Part shown: positions 1-6,632 of the stretch, in pieces
How positions within the stretch are numbered: the stretch's first letter is position 1
Layout: every line of letters begins with the position of its first letter
Source of the DNA: Octopus sinensis
Taxonomy: Eukaryota
Length of the DNA stretch: 9,108 nt
Direction: 5' to 3'
NCBI RefSeq assembly: GCF_006345805.1
Contig: NW_021827994.1
Coordinates: 1-9,108, forward strand
Position numbers and translations under genes: made by a program
The notes under the pieces: generated by a model
What the model saw: only the letters and a program-made list of their open reading frames with translations
Databases searched by the model: none
Told to the model about the DNA's origin: nothing

Positions 1-678
1 ATGAGTTGAGACTGAGTCTCAAAGTCATGGTTATCACTACAGATCCTGCGTAGACGGAGGAATTGGGAACAGGGGATGGAAAGCTTCGTGTGTTTAGGGT
101 GGGAGGAGAAGTTGAGGTATGAGTGTGAGTCTGTGTGTTTGTAGTGGATGGAGGTGGTGAGAGTGGAGTGATGAAGGCTAACCGAAATGTCAAGAAAGGA
201 GACAGAGGTGTCAGAGATAGTGCAGGAGAAGTAGCGGGCAGGATGGAAAGATTTGAGAAAAGAGAAGTCTAGATGTTCGCGGGAGAGTGAGGTCGCACCG
301 ATACAGTCGTCAATATAATGACCGTATATTTCGTGAGTGGGACCAGTGAAACTTGAGAATATTTGGACATCAACGTAGCCAACGAACAGGTTCGCATAGT
401 TGGGGCCCATTCTCGTTCCCATGGCCATCCTCGAGACCTGGTAGTAAAAATCACCAGCGAACGAGAAACAGTTGAGTGAGAGGACAAGTTCGGCCAGACG
501 GACAAGTGTGGACGTGTCGGGTTGGAGCTTGGTTTGAAGGTCAAGAAAATCTTTGTTAGAGTGCACACAGCCCCTCGTGGTGAGGGATCATAGAGTAACG
601 GCTCTGGTTGTCGAGAATGAAGAGAAGTTTAGAGGGCCAGGAGAGAAGGAGAAAGAGTTGAACAAACGAAGCGCATAA
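1..678 (-). mobile_element. Penelope-like retroelement (PLE) fragment encoding reverse transcriptase; 5'-truncated near 678, continues beyond the left edge
   Basis: Manual translation of the minus strand, 554->3, gives 184 stop-free codons: KDFLD...LVRLAELVLSLNCFSF...YQVSRMAMGTRMGPNYANLFVGYV...YGHYIDDCIG...FLDISV...SIHYKHTDSHSYLNFSSHPKHTKLSIPCSQFLRLRRICSD. YIDD is at 317-306. The AMG..MGP, FLD, YxKxT and QFLRLRRIC motifs are typical of PLE RTs. Two frameshifts (about 556 and 632) and a stop (558-556) separate this from the upstream YALRLFNSF / KLLFILD..SRYSMIPHHEGL segments. The ORF track shows only an out-of-frame product (269..568). Confidence 0.92.
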
Positions 679-782
679 AATACAAAAGTATTATCAAATT
701 CGAGCAGGGTTTTCAGTTTAAACTCCTGTTCACGCCTTCGAAACTCACTCACACGTCATTGATCAGTCCACTGCTATAATAC

Positions 783-853
783 AAGACGCTTGTCCCAAAT
801 GCTATGCAATGGGTGTTGTGGCTCCAAAGCTAGCTTCCTAACTACCCAGTCAT
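783..853 (-). mobile_element. Degenerate SINE head remnant, same family as 3570-3985
   Basis: agacgcttgtcccaaatgctatgcaatggg...agcttcctaactacccagtca aligns loosely with the reverse complement of 3575-3659 (agatatttgccgaaggtgccacacagtggg...aactttttgctacacagcca), with a gap over the B-box region. Confidence 0.5.
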
Positions 854-959
854 TTGACTTTTCGACAAGAATAAATTAAGGTGAAACTTGCAAAGTTTCG
901 TGAGTGACACGATAGAAGTGAGACACTGGGATGAGGTAGAAACATCAGTAGCAAATTGA

Positions 960-1505
960 TTACAGATTTAATGAGATGAATGGGAAGATAGGTTGAGAGA
1001 AGGAGGGAGAGACTGAGAAAGAGAGGGGGACAGAAAAAAGGACAAATGCGAGGGGAGACGGGGGAGTGGATAATAAATGGGTGCGTGTGGAGGAGGATTT
1101 AGGAGATATAAACGTAGAGAGGAGAGAGGGGCAGAGAGAGAGAGGGGGGCTGTGAGAGAAGAAGAAGAAGAAAAAGAAGAAGAAGAAGAAGAAGAAGAAG
1201 AAGAAGAAGAAGAAGAAGAAGAAGAAGAAGAAGAAGAAGAAGAAGAAGAAGAAGAAGAAAATGATTGATGAATGGACAAATACGAGGAAAAGAGAAGTGA
1301 GAGAATGAGAGAACAGGGTAACAGTAGAAGTCGGAGAGAGTGAGAGAGAGTGAGAAAGGCAGAGAGAGAGAGGGGGGGAGGGGTAGAAAAAGGGTGGGGA
1401 TGAAAGGAGAGAAACTTCAAGAGACAAAGGAGTAAAATAATGAATGGTGGAAATGAGAGAGGGTAGTGGTGGGAGAAACAGAATAAATTGGAGTGTGAGA
1501 GAGGC
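960..1505 (+). repeat. Purine-rich low-complexity tract including (GAA)5-AAA-(GAA)28 at 1158-1259 and (GA)n runs
   Basis: Read directly from the sequence; strong G/A strand bias. Confidence 0.97.
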
Positions 1506-1514
1506 AGATAATTA

Positions 1515-1546
1515 TATACATACATTACATACATACATACATACAC

Positions 1547-1584
<38 letters not shown>

Positions 1585-1775
1585 ACTAATTGTTTTAATA
1601 TATATATATATTGTTATGTGTTTCATATATGCATGTATAAATCACACAGAGATATGCATACATATACACAATATGTATGATAATCTATATGAATATATGC
1701 ATATATATATATTATATATATACCAGATATTTATATATATATATATCTATATATATATATATATTATATATATAT

Positions 1776-1808
<33 letters not shown>

Positions 1809-1828
1809 TGTGTGTGTGTGTGTGTGTG
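1515..1828. repeat. Compound microsatellite: (TACA)n, (TA)n and degenerate TA-rich sequence, then (GA)n from about 1777 and (GT)n at 1808-1828
   Basis: Read directly from the sequence. Confidence 0.97.
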
Positions 1829-2309
1829 GGTTGATTAAGAGAAAGAGATGGAGAGAGAAAAAGAGAGAGAGCTGGCTAAAGTGTGTTCGAAACTCAGAGG
1901 AAGATGAAAGAGAGTGTGTGGAATGGGAAGAGAGGAGAGAGTGGGAGAGAGAGAGAAGAGAGAGAGAGCAAATTTCGAGTGTGGCATTGGCTGTGTGCCA
2001 ATAAAGAAGTAGCAAGAGATTATGAGAAATAACGGGGGTAAGGTGGTGGGACGGGTGGGTGGGCAGATATTGTGAAAGAAGAGCTGCGATGGTAGCGAAG
2101 AATTGGCGGGTGGTTTGAAGGAATGGAAAGAAACAAAGGAAAGGAGAAGATAGGTAAAGTAGAGGCGGTGGGGTGGCGGTAGGTGTGGTGGTGGTGGGGT
2201 TCGGGTAACTTATTGTGTATGTCACAGACAGGAGCTATCCGGGGTAAAACATTCCGCGTTTAATGACAACGCAATCTTCACGTTGACTTTAACGTTTCAT
2301 TGCCCTCCC

Positions 2310-2336
2310 CCTCCTCCTCCTCCTCCTCCTCCTCCT
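2310..2336 (+). repeat. (CCT)9 microsatellite, upstream of a candidate splice acceptor
   Basis: Read directly. It is followed by ttcttcacattctattttcggcttAG (AG at 2374-2375). Confidence 0.95.
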
Positions 2337-2375
2337 CCGCCTGCTGTGATTCTTCACATTCTATTTTCGGCTTAG

Positions 2376-2491
2376 AAGTACCAAAACATCACCGACACCA
2401 CCGCTACTAGCGCCATCACCACCATCACCACCACCACAAACACCACAAACACCACCACTACCATCGTCATTACTACCACCGTTGCCACCAT

Positions 2492-2548
<57 letters not shown>

Positions 2549-2739
2549 GTACTACTACTATTACTACTACTACTACTACTACTCAACTCCACTCGCAACC
2601 CACTCTATACTCTCATCTCGCCATTTTCCCGCCCCACCGCCACCATCCGCCGCTGCTGCCACAGAATCTGAACAGATGCCTTACTCAATCTGGCACCATG
2701 GCGCACATACCTGGAATTATAAGTGTAGAACGAAAATAA
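2376..2739 (+). CDS. Candidate Pro/Thr/Ser-rich coding exon of an unknown host gene (may extend to about 3147 if frameshifts are sequence errors)
   Basis: Pyrimidine tract plus AG at 2374-2375. The frame is open from 2350 to the stop at 2737-2739: STKTSPTPPLLAPSPPSPPPQTPQTPPLPSSLLPPLPPS(T)n...QLHSQPTLYSHLAIFPPHRHHPPLLPQNLNRCLTQSGTMAHIPGIISVERK. No recognisable domain, and triplet repeats produce open frames by chance. Confidence 0.3.
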
Positions 2740-2795
2740 CAACAACAGGATTATCATCATCATCATCATCATCAACAACAACAACAGTAGCAGCA

Positions 2796-2853
<58 letters not shown>

Positions 2854-3290
2854 GAATAATAATAGCAGCAGTAAAAAATATTCCTACAATAATAAAATGG
2901 AAATAAGAACAACAACAACAACTATAGCATCAACAGTGACGACAACGTACTCGTCATCATCATCAACTTTAACAATAACACCAGCAATAAAAGAATTACC
3001 CCCAAAATTCCAGCAGTAGTAAAGAACAGTAGCATCATCATCATCATTGTCTTGATCAACAACAACAACAACAACAACAACAATAACAACAACAACCAGA
3101 CAGCAGCTTGGTCGTGTTTTGTCATTAATTTCAGCAATTGTAAATGATTTTTGTTTTTTTGTTATATAAAATGTCTTCTACCAAAGAAATGTAGGTGGTA
3201 TTTCATCGGCATTATAGAAAGAATGTAGTAGCAATAGTAGTAGCAGTAGTAGTGGTGGTGGTGGTGGTGGTGGTGGTGGCGGCGGTGGTG
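2376..3290 (+). repeat. Cluster of trinucleotide repeats: degenerate (CCA)n, (ACT)18 at 2494-2547, (TCA)n, (ACA)n, a second (ACT)n run near 2796-2852, (CAT)n, (AAC)n at 3058-3096, (GTA)n, (GGT)n
   Basis: Read directly. Every repeat in this block has period 3, whereas the flanking blocks are mostly period 2. Confidence 0.95.
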
Positions 3291-3312
3291 ATGGAAACAA
3301 TATTGTCTGAGG
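3291..3312 (+). CDS. Candidate short coding segment (METILSE + 1 nt) ending at a strong splice donor
   Basis: gtgATGg start context (G at -3 and +4). GAGG|GTAAGA donor with GT at 3313-3314, phase 1. Confidence 0.25.
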
Positions 3313-3569
3313 GTAAGACAATGCCATAAGTTTGCCGAGCGGGAGTATTGACGGATGAATCGCAAGGAATATTATAGAAGAGTCGTTGCTGTTGTTAACG
3401 GTGTTAATGGTTTTGTAAATCAACATGAAAGAAGCGACCAAAAGAGGAGGGCTGCACTGTGCGGTCAATCAACGGTCTCGAAACAGACGCCGAAATTGCC
3501 CGCTATAGTCTTAGATAAGAAAGAAAAAGAAGAAGAAACAATTAATTAACAAAATAAAACAGACAATAA

Positions 3570-3740
3570 GCGCAGGTTTGGCTGTGTAGCAAAAAGTTTC
3601 CTTCCTAACCAAATGGTTCAGCGCTCAGTCCCACTGTGTGGCACCTTCGGCAAATATCTGCTATCATAACCACGGGTCGACCGAATCCATGTAAATGGAT
3701 TTAGAAGACAGAAACTGATCGAAACCAGTCGTATATAATT

Positions 3741-3785
<45 letters not shown>

Positions 3786-3985
3786 TTGTATACGTTAGTG
3801 TGTCTGTGTTTGTCCCTCCAACATCGCTTGACAACTGATGCTGGTGACTTTAGGTTCCCGTAACTTAGCGGTTCGGCAAAAAGAGACCGATATAATAAGT
3901 ACTAGGCTTACAAAGAAAAGACTAGAGGCGGTGCTCCAGCATGGCCACAGCAAATGACTGAAACAAGTAAAAGAGTAAAAAGAGT
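3570..3985 (+). mobile_element. tRNA-derived SINE, apparently full length, with an internal (TA)n(TG)n microsatellite
   Basis: A-box-like tggctgtgtag near 3579 and a degenerate B box (gcgctcagtccc). The body aligns with a second copy at 4921-5128. It ends in the short tandem tail gagtaaaa(a)gagt. It resembles an abundant octopus SINE as I recall it. Confidence 0.85.
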
Positions 3986-4206
3986 ATATAATATGCAAAA
4001 AAGGGTGGAATATAATAAAATATATATGTATATTACTATATGTATATATATATATATATATATCTATATATGTATATATATATGTATATATATATATGTA
4101 TGTATATATATATGTATATATATATGTATATATATATGTATATATATATATATGTATATATATATATGTTATATATATATATGTATAAGTATATATATAT
4201 ATACAT

Positions 4207-4237
<31 letters not shown>

Positions 4238-4251
4238 ATATTATATATATA

Positions 4252-4298
<47 letters not shown>
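3986..4298. repeat. Long AT-rich compound microsatellite: (TA)n, ~12-nt TATATATATATG units, (CA)n
   Basis: Read directly. It lies between the SINE tail and the mariner terminal repeat. Confidence 0.97.
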
Positions 4299-4920
4299 CG
4301 AGGGGGTACCTAGAAGAAATCGGAATTTTGCAAGAACTCTTTGAAAGTGATAACTTTAGCGCCTTGATCGTTTTCTTTTTCTTTATCTCTTCCACGTCTG
4401 CAAAATGTTTTCATTCGAAGGAACAAGAAAAAGTAGCAGGGAACGAAATCGGGTGATTAAGGAGGGTGGGTAAACGGGGTCATGCCATTTTTGGCTCCTA
4501 AACTGTCTCACACTCAAGGTTGTGTGCTCAGGAGTATTGACATAGTGAAACCACCACTCTCCACTTTGCTACTGGTCGGGGCGTTTGTGTCTCACCGCGT
4601 CTCACAAATGCTTCGGAACTGCCAAGTAAAATGTCTGATTAACATATTCAGCAGAAGGAACGAATCCTGAGCTGACAATTGCTTTCTCATCGATGAGACA
4701 AACCAGCATCACCTTGACATTGGACTTCACTTGACGCGCTTTTGGGGTGTTGGGGGGGTGGCGTGGTGACAGTGAATGTTCCCATTGACTTAATCGCTGT
4801 TTCGCTTCCGGGTCGCAGCCGCAGCAGCAGCTTTTGTTACCAGTAATGACCTTCGTAAAAAGGTCTGGATCAACTTCCAACTGTTCTTTCAGTTCACGGA
4901 GCGCATTCACTCGTGACTGG
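4299..4920 (-). mobile_element. Decayed Tc1/mariner (mariner, DD34D geometry) transposon: 3' half of the transposase plus one terminal inverted repeat
   Basis: Minus-strand translation: RELKEQLEVDPDLFTKVITGNKS..YDPE-like GCDPEAKQ..SQW..KARQVKSNVKVML..VNQTFYL..*DAVRHKRP..WWFHYVNTPEH..HPP*SPDFVPCYFFLF..HFADVEEIKK. The second and third catalytic positions (4541, 4435) are 105+1 nt apart. The terminus TA|CGAGGGGGTACC (TA at 4297-4298) is mariner-like. Contains stops and indels. Confidence 0.95.
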
Positions 4921-5006
4921 CTTGGGCAAGTGTCTTCTACTATAGCCTCAGGTCAACCTAAGCCTCGTGAGTGGATTTAGTAGATGGAAACTGAAAGAAG
5001 CCCGTC

Positions 5007-5053
<47 letters not shown>

Positions 5054-5128
5054 GTATAATCATGTGTGTGTCTCCCTGTGTTTGTCCCCCATCACCACAT
5101 GACAACCGATGTTTTGTGTATTTATGTT
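4921..5128 (+). mobile_element. Truncated second copy of the 3570-3985 SINE family (no head, no tail), with internal (TA)n
   Basis: cttgggcaagtgtcttctactatagcc...tggatttagtagatggaaactgaaagaagcccgtcgtata aligns with 3645-3735. After the microsatellite, tgtgtttgtcccc..tgacaaccgatg aligns with about 3805-3840. Confidence 0.9.
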
Positions 5129-5306
5129 AAGGATCCGGCTCATTATATTCGATGCGCTGTGTTGACACAGATTGTGAGTTTGTAGACCTATGATCAAAAG
5201 CAATCCAGCTGTGTTCATCCAATCATTTTTTTGGACAGTTTTATCTAGGGCGATGCTATCAGATGGGACCTTACAGGAGATCGATCAGTTGCTGATAGGT
5301 TTCCAC

Positions 5307-5359
5307 GTCCTAATCATTTAATATATAATATATATGTCCTAATCATTTAATATATAATA
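5307..5359. repeat. Local tandem duplication with 29-nt period
   Basis: gtcctaatcatttaatatataata occurs identically at 5307-5330 and 5336-5359. Confidence 0.95.
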
Positions 5360-5523
5360 ATATATAAATCTAACAATATATATTATTACATTTATTATGT
5401 AATGGTGAACAAACATAAACACTCATTCATTCCGCCCTTAACTCAGAGGAACATAAAAGGTGTGTCAGATGTGAAGAGAATGACGGGGCTGGAAGAGTCC
5501 CGGGCTGGGGACACATGTTTGGG

Positions 5524-5644
5524 GAGAGAACTGGAGCAACATTTAATAAAGTGCTAATACGCAAAACTGTACCGAGTCCAAGAACTGAAACCTTTACCTT
5601 ATGATCGTGAGATCAATACTTTAAGCACTTGGTCAATATCTACC
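5524..5644 (-). mobile_element. Decayed SINE head plus core, inverted relative to the SINE at 5684-6029
   Basis: 5524-5553 matches the reverse complement of 5782-5811 at 27/30. The minus strand carries degenerate A-box (tgaccaagtg) and B-box (ggtttcagttct) elements. Confidence 0.75.
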
Positions 5645-5683
5645 AACCAACCTACCTACCTACATGACACATACAAGTAGACA

Positions 5684-6029
5684 TGAAGAGGCATGGATCA
5701 GTTGTGAGAGCATCGGGCTCCAATCATAAGGGAGTGAGTTCAATTCCCGGGCCGGGTTGTGTGTTGGGTTCTTGAGCAAGACACTTTATTTCATGTTGCT
5801 CCAGTTCACTCAGCTGCATAAATGAGTTGCGATGCCACTGGTCCCAAACTGTATCGGCCCCTTTGCCTTTCCCTTGGATAACATCGGTGGCGTGGAGAAG
5901 GGAGGCTGGTTTGTACGGACGACTGCTGGTCTTCCATAAACAACTTTGCCTGGACTTGTGTGCCTTGGATGGAAACATTCTAGATACAATCCCATGGTCA
6001 TTCATGACCGAAGGGGCTCTTTCCCTTTT
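5684..6029 (+). mobile_element. tRNA-derived SINE with a CORE-like central domain, apparently full length
   Basis: A box TGGATCAGTTG (5694-5704), B box GAGTTCAATTCC (5736-5747), central cttgagcaagacacttt..gttgctccagttcactcagctg, 3' hairpin GGTCA-TTCA-TGACC (5996-6009) and a pyrimidine tail. Confidence 0.88.
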
Positions 6030-6062
6030 ACAAACACACAATGAAAAGCAAACAGACCCAAG

Positions 6063-6470
6063 CATGAAAGTTGGGTGATGAACGAAAGAATATGTCCAGG
6101 AACACAATCGGCCGAAATGGGTTTCCTCCGAAGGATTTCGAGAGTAACGTTACTCGACAGGGTGGGTAGTTCGGGGTTCAGGGAGTTTCACCAAGTCGAA
6201 TCGCTACTTCTTCGTATTAAGAGATCACAGTTCTGGTTCTATGGACTTGTGGTTAGAATTTCGCAGAAATGAAGCGCAAGACGGATTCTTCAAGCCGAAC
6301 CAACTAGCAGTAGACCTAGGAGTAGACCAAGAACGAAATGGTTGGCTGATATCCATTGTCTCAGCCGGTTATACTTGGGAATCCAGCCGGAAAATGTTCT
6401 CACGGTTGCTTCTTAAAGGACCGTATGTCTGCAGACTCTAAGCCCATGACACTCCCAAGAAGATGGATGG
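6063..6470 (+). mobile_element. 3' end of an RTE-clade LINE, heavily 5'-truncated
   Basis: One frame from 6063: HESWVMNERI..QSAEMGFLRRISRVTLLDRV..VESLLLRIKRSQFWFYGLVVR..*SARRILQAEPT..RPRSRPRTKWL. This matches the RTE C-terminal signature YGxESW..AAEMxFLRR..QLRWFGH..RPRGRPRTRW. Two in-frame stops. It ends in gaagatggatgg, a (GATG)n-type tail. Confidence 0.9.
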
Positions 6471-6632
6471 TTAGCAGCGAGCTGGCAGAATCGCTACAAC
6501 ACTGCAAAAACGTGCTTAGCGGCGTTTCTTTTGACTTGACGTCCTGAGTTCAAATTCCGTCAAGGTCCACTTTGCCTTTCATCCTTTCGCGTTGATAAAA
6601 TAAGTAACCGTTGAAAACTGAAGTCGATGTGT
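6471..6632 (+). mobile_element. 5' part of a third SINE family, interrupted by the CR1 LINE
   Basis: gcagcgagctggcagaa head, B-box-like GAGTTCAAATTCC (6546-6558), body ctttgcctttcatcctttcg. It ends at aagtcgatgtgt immediately before the LINE tail. Confidence 0.8.

Noticed and set aside
700-955. Possible hammerhead ribozyme next to the Penelope fragment (PLEs often carry one); hairpins at 702-731 and 883-899 and ctgggatgaggtagaaac near 926-943
   Set aside because: There is no exact CUGANGA...GAAA core with the required helices on either strand. The hairpins are short enough to be chance, and this boundary is a truncation inside the RT rather than a pseudo-LTR.
960-2225. ORF-track entries with poly-F, poly-S, poly-E and YI repeats
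   Set aside because: They are translations of (GAA)n, (GA)n and (TA)n microsatellites, with no domain or splice support.
2605-3468. Minus-strand poly-L, poly-M, poly-H and poly-P ORFs that look like signal peptides or transmembrane segments
   Set aside because: They are antisense readings of the triplet repeats; the hydrophobic runs come from (TAG/TTG/CTA)n-type repeats.
3795-4252. Four overlapping YI/IY-repeat ORFs
   Set aside because: (TA)n and (TG)n lack stops in several frames, and the region is explained by a SINE plus a microsatellite.
3986-4298. Regularly spaced short repeats, superficially array-like (CRISPR or satellite)
   Set aside because: There are no unique spacers and no cas genes, and the context is eukaryotic; this is an ordinary compound microsatellite.
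4602-4910. Domesticated mariner-derived gene
   Set aside because: In-frame stops (4604-4602, about 4571, about 4458), a frameshift near 4498 and the missing N-terminal half indicate a dead copy.
5724-6107. 127-aa, 83-aa and 63-aa ORFs
   Set aside because: They lie within a non-coding SINE and have no protein motifs.
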